A stretch of 64,000 nt of DNA from Promethearchaeota archaeon Loki_b32 (GCA_005223125.1 NJBH01000013.1:1-64000); one strand, 5' to 3'; numbered from the stretch's first letter, positions 1 to 10,673 are shown. Program-made: numbers and translations. The notes: generated by a model from the letters alone, not told the origin.

Positions 1-537
1 GTGTCAAAGGACGTAGGGCTTGTTAACCATTCCTGTGGTTCTGTCTTAGAGCGTTACTGGCTGTCATCCTCAGGGGTCGCCATTGTGGTGGAAGATGATA
101 CTCCCCTCATGTACAGCTTTAACACTAGTACAATGTGCTTCAAGGCAGACCCTACAGATTCCATGTATGTGAATTCTGATCTTCCTCCAAAGCTTAGTTA
201 TGCCATATGCACAGGACAAAATATGAAAGATATCCATCTGTATATGATGAATAAATACTTAGCCAAACCAGAAGCCCTGCCAGATGAGAGAATGATCCGT
301 CAGCCCATCTGGTCCACGTGGGCAAAGTTCAAAATGTTCATAGACCAGAACAAAACAATTGAGTTTGCCACAGAGATTGCGAACCATGGTTTCTCAGGAA
401 GCCAAATTGAGATTGATGACAAGTACACAACCACTTATGGGGACTTCATCTTTGACCCTGAGATGGGGCCTCATGCACGTGGTGTAGGATACCTGAATGA
501 GGAGATGGTCTTTTTGAGAAATATAATGACCCTGTAA
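1..537 (+). pseudogene. Fragment of a GH31 glycosidase, MYORG/KIAA1161-like; incomplete at both ends, possibly foreign or chimeric
   Basis: Motifs GSVLERYWLSS, PIWSTWA, QIEIDD..YGDF.FD resemble MYORG-type GH31. Similarity stops after FDPE (~460), where KFP would be expected. Visibly GC-richer than the rest (29 of the first 60 nt). Confidence 0.7.
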
Positions 538-562
538 CTTTTCCCATATGTTTTCCCCTTAG

Positions 563-3500
563 TTTAACCTTGAATTCTTTGGCATTGATGATCAACGATA
601 TCTTTATCTTGCTCAAGAGGCGTGTGAGGATAGTTTATTTGAGACTGACCAAGATAGAAAAGATAGAGCTATAATCAAAATGGTTGATTTTGCTCAAAAT
701 TCTTATACAAACTTAGATTATTTACTTGTATCGAGCGAATTACCTTCATATAATAGTATTGAGCATTATCTTTTTGATCATGGAAAGGAAGATTATCGCA
801 CTGATGCTTATGATAATCATCAAAGCTATACATTAGGGTTTTTAGAACAGGCCATCAATACAGCTTCAAGAGGAGAGTATGATGCAATAAGACCCATGTG
901 TATTAACGGACGACCTGCATACATGTATATTAACAGCAATGATGAGTTATCTCAGCTTATTCAACCTCTATCACCCTTATATCAACCTGTCGTCATAAGC
1001 AGTACCAGATATGAAGATGAAGAGCTTCAAATTCCAGAGAGCACCCTCTCTATTGATATTCAGAGCACGTTATTGGACGAGTCCTACACTCAAGGAATCG
1101 ATGCGAGCAGTCTTATGTATTATGAATTGGAAAGAGGATATCAGGCAAAAATCCCTCTTTTTAGCGACGAGTTTAAATATCCTATTAGCAAGATCACCAT
1201 CGATGTATTAACTCCAGTCTCTAATTATGATTATTCATCCAATACATATTTTATTACATATGATTCAGATATCGAGCTCCTATCCAGTATATATTTTACT
1301 ACATATGTTTCAGGAATCGAACTCTCATCCAGTCAATATTCCCTTGAAGGCGGCAACTTATTCTTTTACAGTCCCATTGATGATATAATTCTTTCAGCTT
1401 TTAATTTTAAGGCATTACAAGATGAATTTATAGAGTTAACTCAAAACTGGGATGAAGGAACCCTCTTTTATAGGGTTAATATTCACTTTTCACAGGTTAT
1501 TGCTGATACTTCCATGACATCGGGAGTTATAGATACTGTATCTAATGAAGATGGGAGAAATGCCTTAGCGCAAACCACCCAATATCTGATCAGCGATTAC
1601 TTTAACGTGTTTACCTTAGCAGAATCATATGCTTTAGGACAAGCAGAAATGGATTATATTGTCCAACTTACAACCCTTTCCACCTTAATATCTTCAGTCG
1701 TTCTATTACCAGTCGTAATTGCTTCAGCAGCAGCGTCAGGATTATCACAGGGTATAAATAAAATGGCTGAAGATGCTCTTACAACTACTATATCATCAGA
1801 GGTTGCTAGAGCTGTTGGAATGACTCTATTGAAATACATTGCTTCAATACCTGTTCAAGTGATGACGGAGGTTTTTGAAGAACTCTATATAGATACACTC
1901 ATAGAGGAAACGTTTGAGAAATGGGGTGATTCTACAGGTTTCTGGTCTTCTCTTTTCTGCTCATTTAGGGAGGTGATTTTCGGCGCTCCAAGTGCCTTCC
2001 TAGGGAGCTTGTCTTCAGATACAAATATAAATACCCAAATGACCGCTAATGAAATTCAATTATTACAAGAAATCGAATTAATGCAAGAACATTCATGGTT
2101 TGCTTACCATGTTATGCAAGAGTCGACTTTAGATCATGCAATATCTGAGGATGTTGTTGTTCAATCTCAATTACAAATTAATAATATAAATCAACTTCAA
2201 GCACAATTAGCTGAGCTTGGACTCATTAGGCAGAGAAGTAGTATAAAGGCAAGTTCCATAATCAGCTCACAAACTATATTCCAAGGTATTTTTTCCCTTC
2301 CAGGGTTTTTTGTAGGAGGTTTTAGTTTAGGCTTTACTGGAATGCTTCTTGACCTATCGGTCGATTATCTATTCGATGTCCAATTAGCACGGCACATGAT
2401 TGACAAAAGAATACAGACATTAACCCAAACTCAGCACCAATTAGACCTTGAAGGAGAGGACCTCGGAAAAGTGCTCGAAGCGGAGGTGGTTCCTAATATC
2501 CCTGAGGTCAAGAATGTACTTGCAATGGCAAAAGGAATTGCCACCATCGATCCAACTCAATACAGTGCTTCTGAATTTGAAGCTCAAGTACAACTGCGAC
2601 TGAATGAACTCGATACATTAGGATCATATATAGAAAGTATGAGAGAGAGGCAGCAAGAAATTGAAGAGTCTCACAATATAATAAGTGCTATACCAAAGAC
2701 AGTAATTCCAGATGCTCCTAATTCAGACACTTTGCAGATAGTAGTAAGTGAAGAAGCCGCAATAGAAGCTGATCCTGTTATTGATGTAGGAGGAATTAAG
2801 CTTTGGATTCAACCACTTCCTGCTAATTATTATGGTTCAGAAAAAGATATGACTTTAAACGAATTATTAACAATAATGGGAATCTTAAATCATCCATATA
2901 AGTGGTTAAGTTTTACAGATCAGTATGGGAATCAGTATATTTTAAGGGATAGAGCTGTTGCAGTCACTGATGAAGGATTTAGAGAAATTAGAGGGGATTT
3001 ATCCTTAAAAGAAGTGTTTAATATCATCGGATATGATACTTCTACTTTGCCTCAACAGTTCCATGGTATTGCGCCATCTTTAGAAATAAAGACTGATTTA
3101 ATAAATATGCCCTCTTGGATGTTCGATTCTGTTCAGCCTTTATCATCACATATTTCTGTTTGGGCTAGCGCCTTGCCTGGGTATGCCTATATTAAAGCAC
3201 ATTTTCAACATCACTTCAAGGGAAGTGGTAATTTTGATATGATCTTTAATACTTATGAAAAGGCTCAACTTTTGGAAACTTTGTATAATTTAATCATAAA
3301 ACCTTTAAGAAGTAAATTTCTTATGGAATTTGATTTTGGGAAAGACGGAGCTTATGATATTGAAAATATCAAAAATGCATTTAAGGGTTATTTTGAGAGG
3401 ATGTGGAAAGGAAAAGATGTTCGGGATAGTCTTGGAGTTCATTGGTGGTCCTTAAACAAGAAAAAAGTGTGGGGAGATTTTATAAATGAGTTATTTGATA

Positions 3501-6500
3501 TGATGTTTGAAAAAGGGTTTGATCCAATATTTGGAGGAGGTTTGAATTATATACAATATGTATTAGAGGAAAGGATTACACTTGCGATTCTTGACGTTAT
3601 TATGAGGGAATCTGTTGAAATTTGTGATTCGGATTTAAAATTAAATACGTTTAGTGTAATTCCACAGAGGTTAAGTAATTTTATATCTGATTATTTTGAT
3701 TCTTCAAAGACTACTAAAAATGATATTGAGGCATTCTTCTTTGGCAGTCATACGGAAGATGGCAAAGTCTACAAAGAATATGGTAAGACTCACTTTTTTA
3801 ACTTGCTTGCAACTACTTTTTTCAGTGATCAAAGAACTGATCGAATGGTAATTCCAACTCTTCCGACTTCTTTCTTTGGCTATAGAAAAGAGGCCATGTA
3901 CTTCTTTTATGAGTTACCATTAGTAATGGCAGGTATGTTTGTAAAGGAAGATTTTAACCTTGAAAATTTTTATGATCACATTGAATATTCTTTTGACGAC
4001 CAATTTTTCACTGATGTTAATGAATTAATCCTAGATGGGATTGACATCTCCAATATATTCCCCTCAAGTTCTAGGTGGCCTGATCTTAATGTATATGAGT
4101 TTCTCTCAACAGTTATTTCACATCATATGAAGTCTACCTATTTACAAAGATTTAGTGCAGAAGCGTATGGTGGACGAATTAGAGCAGATTGTTTGTCCGG
4201 CCTTGTAATTGATTTTTACAAACAGATTATGAGTGATACTAAAATTCTTCCTGAACATGTACTTGAGTTGATATTACCAGCGAGAAACATAAACGAAGCC
4301 TCGATTATACTTAATAAGATTATTCACAAAGGCAGAAACGAATTAAATTATGAGACAAATTTTGAATCATTATACCAAGGGAAAACGTACAAAGTTCCTT
4401 CACAACATGTATACCTCTTTAAGGTTACAAGTTGGCTTAATCAATTAATCCAAGAAACTGATAGATCAATTACCAATATCAGGGAATTACGTGAATTTAT
4501 CGAGGATATATTTGATGATCCAGATTTTTATAATGGACTTCTTGATTTAGTCGAAGAAGTATTAGGTCAAAAATTTAAACAAGAGGAGATTTTTAGTCAA
4601 GGCTTTATAGGAGATGTCTTCTGTGAAAATATTATGAATTTATTCAAAGATAATCTTAACAAATTAGTTGTTCCAGACATCACCTCTAATAAGGGGTTCT
4701 CTTTATCATGGAGTGCTTACGTCGATATATGGTTTGATACCAATAAAGAAGGAAAGCAAGTTATCTTTACGAGCTCAATGCTTGATGCAAGTACTATCTT
4801 TTTGTTTGAAGATGGAGTTAAGAAAGAATTGCCTAAAGATCATATCTTTAAGCAAGCAATGGTAGTGGTTCATAATGATAATGGTGATAACATGATATGT
4901 CCAATTGATCAAATTAGTAATTTACCAGATCATGTACATGAAGGATTACTTTATAGGGACCGGAATGGAGCAGAGTCAATTTATCATAATATCTACGTAT
5001 GTAATGAGAACGGAGACCAATTATTTGGGAAAGTGTACATTGATGATAATGGGTATTTTGCTATCGATAACCTCGATTGGCCATTAATGTATTTAACAGC
5101 TCCCAAGGTTATATCTACTTCACAGAGGTTTTCTAAATTACAAGACTCAGATATTAATATATATTCAACTCATTTCTATACAGCCGTTGGTTATGCAACA
5201 GGGAATAGATATATTACTACATTACAAAAAACACTAGTTAATGTTATCCCCAATCCAGTTTACAAATCCTACCTACCAAATGCTAAGGCAAGGAATAGAG
5301 GTGTTCGGATTGACCACTCCATTCCAATTCTGGGAAGCCGACAAGTAATCGAATTATCAGAGTCATTTAATACACTTCAATTTTTTGCTAATGCGAAGTT
5401 TGGTGAAGAATTCCTCTATAAAACCTATTTAAGTCTTATAGGTTTTAGGGATATTATAAGGACTCCTGATGATCGAGCTCCTAGTAAAAGAAGTTCTCCA
5501 ATTGTTTATATTAATGATAAAATCGGATTTCTTAACATTAAGTACGATCCATACAGCGGAGCCGTAGATTTAAAATCTTATCGTGATAAATCTGACATTG
5601 AAGGCATATTTAATGTATTATTTAACACTAAAGAGCCGGTTATGGATTTCTTATTTCTCAAGGAAGAGGATGGAAGTATCATTCCGCGTCATGGTGATGA
5701 AGTCAAGATTAAAACTTGGTTGCACAACCTTTTCAATAAAATTACAGACCAGCAGCTAAACTTAGGCAGTGAAAGAATTAGTTTATTAATAAAGGAGGTA
5801 AGAGACAATCTTTTATCCAAATATACTCAGAATCCTATTGATATTACTAGTGATAGTAGAAATTTCTTATCCTTAAAAGAGATTGAGGCAGGTAAATTCA
5901 TTTATGAGCAAATCTCACTCCTTTTCGGTCATTTTACTTTAAGGCTTCTTTATATGCGTATGATTGATTTTTATGGTAATTCTAATTCATTCAAGATCGA
6001 TTTTAGGAGCATACCAAGTGTTGATGACATTTTAATCTATTTGAATGATTTCTCAATAATTACTTCTAATCAACAATTTGACGATAGTCCAATTTCATCA
6101 GAAGATTCTGTTTTCGCAAATGACAATCTATTTTCATATCTCTTCCTCGATTCATTTTTAGTATTGCCTGTTTTGAAAGGTTCCGATTTAAAGAATAGGA
6201 TATCGTTTGGAAACTCTCCATTAATTTTTCTTGAATCTGATATAAATTCTTTATTATCTAGGAGGATTACAGGCGAATATCATAGGACTTTTTATCAGAG
6301 GATTTCAAAATATTTCTTCAATAAATATAACACTTTCTTACAATCTCTTAATACAGTCGACAATTTTCAGACATATATAAATCGCTTCATTAACTCTGGT
6401 TGGGAGATGTTTAATGTCATTAAGAATGAATTAAAGAGGAATGTTTATTCCAGAGGCGATTTAGCATTAAAGCAGAAGGTAGACTTATATAACAGATTAT

Positions 6501-7414
6501 TAATTAGTGCCGAAAAAGAAATTTTTGATTATGGTGATCATACCGTATTGTTACAAGGGAACCATTTCCATAATATTCGCTTCCAGACAGAGAATTTGAT
6601 TATTGGTTGGAGTGAATTTACATATGATTTTAGCTTCGGAAGCCAGTATAATGTCCTTCAACGGGAAATTATTTTTTGGCAAGTAAATGACCCTATCACA
6701 GGAGACCCTTTTACATTACCTATTGAGAAGACGTATTTTGATGGAAAAGATATTTTTATATGGAGAGGAATGAAATTTGGTAAAGATACCATCTCTAAAA
6801 AAGATTTTAATAGTAATCAATATAATCAAGGATCAGTAGAAGAGAGGGCTGACATTTTAAGAAATGTTATAGAGGATAACTTTGGAGTAGATGGTAGTGT
6901 TAGAATTTATCCTCTATACAGACCTAATCCCGATCTTGGTTATCACTTTCTTTTACGTACAGATTTTGCTAGTAATTATATTCCAAATTTCAGACAACCT
7001 CTCACTAGTGGATTGAGTGACGCCAGAAGATTTGACATTAATTTGAATGATCCAGATGTTCAATATAAGTTAGAACATATAGCTAGACTCTCTCCATCCT
7101 TTGTTGAGCCAGGTTATTATGCTTTTGCGAAAGATTTCCTATTTATTATGACTTTAAATGACATAGGTGATATACCTATATATCAATATGATAAGATGGT
7201 ATGTGCTTTTGATAGAAATAAATTTTATTCCCCTGAGGAGATACCTTCTTTTGGTGACGGCGTTTCTAATAGATATAAACCAGTAAAAATAACTAATACA
7301 GAGGATGGAGTAGCTATTAGCAGACAATTAATTAAACTATGGACAAAGGAAAGAAATTATATACCTATTAGTACAGAGTATGCGTTTCCTGATGGATATC
7401 ATGTATGGTGGTAA
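563..7414 (+). CDS. Giant hypothetical protein, probably 5'-truncated (first ATG at 680 gives 2244 aa)
   Basis: Frame is open from 563 (FNLEFFGIDDQRYLYLAQEACEDSLFETDQDRKDRAIIK-M) after TAG 560-562. Acidic Tyr-rich N-terminal part, hydrophobic helices around aa 325-395 and 530-560, no recognised domain. Confidence 0.85.
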   Translation, partial: FNLEFFGIDDQRYLYLAQEACEDSLFETDQDRKDRAIIKMVDFAQNSYTNLDYLLVSSELPSYNSIEHYLFDHGKEDYRTDAYDNHQSYTLGFLEQAINTASRGEYDAIRPMCINGRPAYMYINSNDELSQLIQPLSPLYQPVVISSTRYEDEELQIPESTLSIDIQSTLLDESYTQGIDASSLMYYELERGYQAKIPLFSDEFKYPISKITIDVLTPVSNYDYSSNTYFITYDSDIELLSSIYFTTYVSGIELSSSQYSLEGGNLFFYSPIDDIILSAFNFKALQDEFIELTQNWDEGTLFYRVNIHFSQVIADTSMTSGVIDTVSNEDGRNALAQTTQYLISDYFNVFTLAESYALGQAEMDYIVQLTTLSTLISSVVLLPVVIASAAASGLSQGINKMAEDALTTTISSEVARAVGMTLLKYIASIPVQVMTEVFEELYIDTLIEETFEKWGDSTGFWSSLFCSFREVIFGAPSAFLGSLSSDTNINTQMTANEIQLLQEIELMQEHSWFAYHVMQESTLDHAISEDVVVQSQLQINNINQLQAQLAELGLIRQRSSIKASSIISSQTIFQGIFSLPGFFVGGFSLGFTGMLLDLSVDYLFDVQLARHMIDKRIQTLTQTQHQLDLEGEDLGKVLEAEVVPNIPEVKNVLAMAKGIATIDPTQYSASEFEAQVQLRLNELDTLGSYIESMRERQQEIEESHNIISAIPKTVIPDAPNSDTLQIVVSEEAAIEADPVIDVGGIKLWIQPLPANYYGSEKDMTLNELLTIMGILNHPYKWLSFTDQYGNQYILRDRAVAVTDEGFREIRGDLSLKEVFNIIGYDTSTLPQQFHGIAPSLEIKTDLINMPSWMFDSVQPLSSHISVWASALPGYAYIKAHFQHHFKGSGNFDMIFNTYEKAQLLETLYNLIIKPLRSKFLMEFDFGKDGAYDIENIKNAFKGYFERMWKGKDVRDSLGVHWWSLNKKKVWGDFINELFDMMFEKGFDPIFGGGLNYIQYVLEERITLAILDVIMRESVEICDSDLKLNTFSVIPQRLSNFISDYFDSSKTTKNDIEAFFFGSHTEDGKVYKEYGKTHFFNLLATTFFSDQRTDRMVIPTLPTSFFGYRKEAMYFFYELPLVMAGMFVKEDFNLENFYDHIEYSFDDQFFTDVNELILDGIDISNIFPSSSRWPDLNVYEFLSTVISHHMKSTYLQRFSAEAYGGRIRADCLSGLVIDFYKQIMSDTKILPEHVLELILPARNINEASIILNKIIHKGRNELNYETNFESLYQGKTYKVPSQHVYLFKVTSWLNQLIQETDRSITNIRELREFIEDIFDDPDFYNGLLDLVEEVLGQKFKQEEIFSQGFIGDVFCENIMNLFKDNLNKLVVPDITSNKGFSLSWSAYVDIWFDTNKEGKQVIFTSSMLDASTIFLFEDGVKKELPKDHIFKQAMVVVHNDNGDNMICPIDQISNLPDHVHEGLLYRDRNGAESIYHNIYVCNENGDQLFGKVYIDDNGYFAIDNLDWPLMYLTAPKVISTSQRFSKLQDSDINIYSTHFYTAVGYATGNRYITTLQKTLVNVIPNPVYKSYLPNAKARNRGVRIDHSIPILGSRQVIELSESFNTLQFFANAKFGEEFLYKTYLSLIGFRDIIRTPDDRAPSKRSSPIVYINDKIGFLNIKYDPYSGAVDLKSYRDKSDIEGIFNVLFNTKEPVMDFLFLKEEDGSIIPRHGDEVKIKTWLHNLFNKITDQQLNLGSERISLLIKEVRDNLLSKYTQNPIDITSDSRNFLSLKEIEAGKFIYEQISLLFGHFTLRLLYMRMIDFYGNSNSFKIDFRSIPSVDDILIYLNDFSIITSNQQFDDSPISSEDSVFANDNLFSYLFLDSFLVLPVLKGSDLKNRISFGNSPLIFLESDINSLLSRRITGEYHRTFYQRISKYFFNKYNTFLQSLNTVDNFQTYINRFINSGWEMFNVIKNELKRNVYSRGDLALKQKVDLYNRLLISAEKEIFDYGDHTVLLQGNHFHNIRFQTENLIIGWSEFTYDFSFGSQYNVLQREIIFWQVNDPITGDPFTLPIEKTYFDGKDIFIWRGMKFGKDTISKKDFNSNQYNQGSVEERADILRNVIEDNFGVDGSVRIYPLYRPNPDLGYHFLLRTDFASNYIPNFRQPLTSGLSDARRFDINLNDPDVQYKLEHIARLSPSFVEPGYYAFAKDFLFIMTLNDIGDIPIYQYDKMVCAFDRNKFYSPEEIPSFGDGVSNRYKPVKITNTEDGVAISRQLIKLWTKERNYIPISTEYAFPDGYHVWW

Positions 7415-7434
7415 TAAATTATTATTTTTTTTTC

Positions 7435-8838
7435 TTAAATGATAATTCTCAATTTTTTTCTTTTTTTTAATGATTTGGGGATATTCTCAATATTATTTTT
7501 CACTAAGTTAATAAGTTTTAGATTTTCGAGCTTTTCTATATGTTCAGGTAAACTTTCAATATTATTATCCTTTAGATTCAACCTCTCCAAGCTCTTCAAG
7601 TTCTGAATTGATTTAGGTAAGTAACCTATTTTATTTGAACTTAAATTGAGTGTTTTTAAATTATTCAAGCCTCCCAGAGATTCAGGTAGTGTCTTTATTT
7701 GGTTGTTTGAGGCATCCAGACTTTCTAGATACTTGATTTTACCTATAGAATTTGGTAAATCGGTTATTTTATTATATGATATATTAATTTCTTTGAGGTT
7801 TCTACAGTTTTCCATTGATTCCGGTAACAGGATTAATCTGTTATTGTTTAATATCAATCTTTCTAAGGACTTTAGAATTGTAATATCTTCAGGGATCGAC
7901 GCTATTTGGTTTATACTTAGACTTAACAATTTTAGTTTCTGAAGATTTATAATGTCTTTATTAACACTTTTTATTTTATTTACTCCCAGAAGCAACAATT
8001 CTAGCGAGGTTAATCCATAAATTTTTTTTGGAATCTCTTGAAAAGAATTTCTTGATAAATCTAATTCAGTTAGATTTTGCAATTTTACAATACTGCTGGA
8101 GATATTTTTAAGTCTATTATTACTCATGTAAAGTTTTCTTAGTGTTTGTAGACTATATATTGATTCTGGTAACAGTTCCACATGATTATTTCTAATATCG
8201 AGTCCTACTAATTTTCTACCTTCTATTTCTATTCCATATTTTCTACCTTGAGGTTGAGCCAAACAATTTATTTCAAATTCAATTTCAAAATCTCTATTTA
8301 ATTTTTGTTTTAAGAGGTTAAGTTTCTCTAATGTATTAAAATCAAGAAAGAATTTCACGAACTCCTTTTTAACATAATTTTTTAAATATCCATTCTTAAT
8401 TAAGAATTGTCTGACAGATAGATAATTACTTTCATATCTTTTAATTATTTCTTCAGTAAATACTTTTTTTGCATTTATATCTCCTACTTCAGCCAGCTTC
8501 TTCAATAATGGAAAAGCTAAATTTCTATGGAGTAAGCGGGTATCATAATTATTTTCTACCCAGAATTGAAGATTTGAGCAATGTGCCCAGAATATTGTCT
8601 CCGCAGGGATTTCTAGCTGTTTCATTCCCATTTCATCTTCTGATAATCCATATTCTTCAAGTACCTCATCGACGGAGTCTATATTAAGTAAGTTTTCTAC
8701 CTCATCAATGGTTTTTTTTATCAGGATATGCTTACATTGGTTAAAGAGTTGATTCTTTACATATATATTAGTTATTCTATTTTCAAGCTTTAAAGTTATA
8801 AATTCATTAATTTTGAAATTCAACATTAATTTATACAC
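7435..8838 (-). CDS. Leucine-rich repeat protein with Lokiarchaeia-type N-terminal domain
   Basis: About 10 LxxLxLxxNxLxxLP repeats; N-terminal FKINEFITLKLE...FWAHCSNLQ.W.EN.YDTRLLH.NLAFPLLKKL block. Start may be the downstream ATG/TTG. Confidence 0.9.
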   Translation of the reverse strand: MYKLMLNFKINEFITLKLENRITNIYVKNQLFNQCKHILIKKTIDEVENLLNIDSVDEVLEEYGLSEDEMGMKQLEIPAETIFWAHCSNLQFWVENNYDTRLLHRNLAFPLLKKLAEVGDINAKKVFTEEIIKRYESNYLSVRQFLIKNGYLKNYVKKEFVKFFLDFNTLEKLNLLKQKLNRDFEIEFEINCLAQPQGRKYGIEIEGRKLVGLDIRNNHVELLPESIYSLQTLRKLYMSNNRLKNISSSIVKLQNLTELDLSRNSFQEIPKKIYGLTSLELLLLGVNKIKSVNKDIINLQKLKLLSLSINQIASIPEDITILKSLERLILNNNRLILLPESMENCRNLKEINISYNKITDLPNSIGKIKYLESLDASNNQIKTLPESLGGLNNLKTLNLSSNKIGYLPKSIQNLKSLERLNLKDNNIESLPEHIEKLENLKLINLVKNNIENIPKSLKKRKKLRIII

Positions 8839-9042
8839 TCTTTACTTTCCATAGTATCTAAGGGAATTATATGATTTAAATTTTCAGAGAGTTCACCCTT
8901 AGAGATTTATCTAGTCATTTTTAATTATGACTAACAAAAATATTTATTAACTTTAAACTCATTATTAGTTAAGAGATTATATCATAATTTTTAGAATGTT
9001 GAGATTAATGATAAAAATTTAAGAAAAGGTATTGAAAGAAAT

Positions 9043-9432
9043 ATGTTGTTTCAGACTATAGAGTTTTTACAAGTTATAGCAGATATCATAGGAGCTATCC
9101 TAATCTTCTTAAAACCAGTTGTAACTCCAATCGGAGTATGGATGACAAATTGGATCACTACCACTATAGATTTTTTACAACAAAATCTTAGTAGTGACTT
9201 AACCATATTCATTGTTATTTGTGTGATTCTCGTAGTTTCTGGTATTATAATTAATATCATATGGCCAGGAGATATTAAAGGAACTATCTTTTCGAAAGGT
9301 AAAATTGAGGATCTAGAGGATAAGATTGATAAAGAAGAAGAAGATATTGTGGATTCCGTAAGGCGTTGTAAAGATTGTGGCAATCCTATTGGAGATGCGG
9401 ATGTATGCCCCTTATGTGGAGCCCGCAATTAA
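9043..9432 (+). CDS. Small membrane protein with C-terminal zinc ribbon
   Basis: Hydrophobic helix IFIVICVILVVSGIIINIIW; CKDC...CPLC at the C-terminus. Confidence 0.8.
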   Translation: MLFQTIEFLQVIADIIGAILIFLKPVVTPIGVWMTNWITTTIDFLQQNLSSDLTIFIVICVILVVSGIIINIIWPGDIKGTIFSKGKIEDLEDKIDKEEEDIVDSVRRCKDCGNPIGDADVCPLCGARN

Positions 9433-9474
9433 AATTCTAATTTTTTATATTAACAACTATTTCTTAATTTTAAG
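9379..9474 (+). repeat. 96-bp direct repeat, copy 1 (3' end of the zinc-ribbon gene plus T-rich downstream DNA)
   Basis: Matches 10374-10469 with 7 transitions, 5 of them synonymous third positions. Confidence 0.95.
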
Positions 9475-9833
9475 TTTCATCTTTTCCTAAAAATTTTTTT
9501 TTATTAAAGAAATTTAAAATAATGATATTAGAATTAGAAGATCTTTTAAGAAAATTTAAAAAAGCTCTTTAATGAACTTTTCTAAAACTGTAAATATCGC
9601 ATTATATTTAGCGCTTTGATAATAAGGAGTTCCACTTGTTTTTATGTTAAATTTTGTGCCTTAGGAAAACCAAGATTATATATTAAATATTTATTTTAAA
9701 AAAGTCAAAACTTCTATAAGGTGGATTTAATCCCCGTAAATATATTATAATCAGTAGATTTTTTTATTGTATTCAAGAATACCACATAGTATAACTAAAA
9801 TTATTCAAAACAATGATATAGAAGTGTAAAAAA

Positions 9834-10256
9834 ATGGTAAAAATTAATCCGTATTTAATGGTTAAAAGCGGTAAAGAAGCGATTGAATTATATAAAGAGG
9901 TTTTTGGAGCTAAACAACTTGTTCACATGCCCTTTCAAAAAGAAATGGGTGCCAATTTTGGATTTCCGGATGATTTTGATTATGAGAACTCTACAATGCA
10001 TGCCGAACTTGAGATAGGGGGTGCTAAAGTAATGCTCTCTGATAATGCGATGAATAAAAATGGTTCTGGAAATGTTCAGGTATTTGTTGATCTTGACTCT
10101 AAGAAGGATTTAGATGAGATTTATGAAAGGGTCAAGAAAAAGAAATTTCAAATTATAATGGACTTAACAAAGACTTTTTGGGGGGCTTGGTTTTTAATGT
10201 TTGAAGATTCCAACGGAATAGGGTGGCAATTAGCATACGGTGGTACTCCATCATAA
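9834..10256 (+). CDS. VOC/glyoxalase family protein, PhnB-like
   Basis: INPYL...EAIELYKEVFGA, MHAELEIGG..MLSD, TFWG...D.NGI.W motifs. Confidence 0.85.
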   Translation: MVKINPYLMVKSGKEAIELYKEVFGAKQLVHMPFQKEMGANFGFPDDFDYENSTMHAELEIGGAKVMLSDNAMNKNGSGNVQVFVDLDSKKDLDEIYERVKKKKFQIIMDLTKTFWGAWFLMFEDSNGIGWQLAYGGTPS

Positions 10257-10373
10257 TTACTGAAAAAAATTAACTTATTTTTATTTTTTTAATAATCAAA
10301 CTCTGCTATTAACATATATCAAGGGTTTCAGTTGAGTGATTGGAAAGATAATATCTTCTCACGGTATTCTCAC

Positions 10374-10469
10374 GGTAACCCCATTGGGGATGCAGATGTA
10401 TGCCCCTTATGTGGAGCCCGCAATTAAAATTCTAATTTTTTATATTAATAACTATTTTTTAATTTTAAG
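10374..10469 (+). repeat. 96-bp direct repeat, copy 2 (orphan gene 3' end encoding GNPIGDADVCPLCGARN-stop)
   Basis: Direct comparison with 9379-9474. Its left edge overlaps an 11-bp tandem duplication, TTCTCACGGTA x2 (10356-10377). Confidence 0.95.
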
Positions 10470-10673
10470 AAGTAATTCAGCAACATATTTACCTAGATCC
10501 TTAGCAATTAGCCCCCCTAATTCATCAGTTTCATCTTTTTATATTATAATTTTGATTTTGATAAGAATGTTTTATTAAATACATAATATTAGCATAACAT
10601 TAAATTTATATTTTGGATCTATACTAGTTAGTGTAATAAGAATATATTTGATCCATAGATTAGAAGAACGCAC

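Noticed and set aside
551-562. Spliceosomal acceptor-like TTTTCCCCTTAG implying an intron in the archaeal gene
   Set aside because: No matching donor restores a coherent protein, and the downstream frame is unrelated to GH31; better explained as a junction.
9379-10469. DGR template/variable repeat pair
   Set aside because: Differences are mixed C/T and A/G transitions and synonymous, not adenine-specific; no reverse transcriptase is present.
10336-10578. 80-aa ORF
   Set aside because: Out-of-frame read-through of repeat copy 2 into AT-rich DNA; the meaningful frame is the orphan zinc-ribbon tail.
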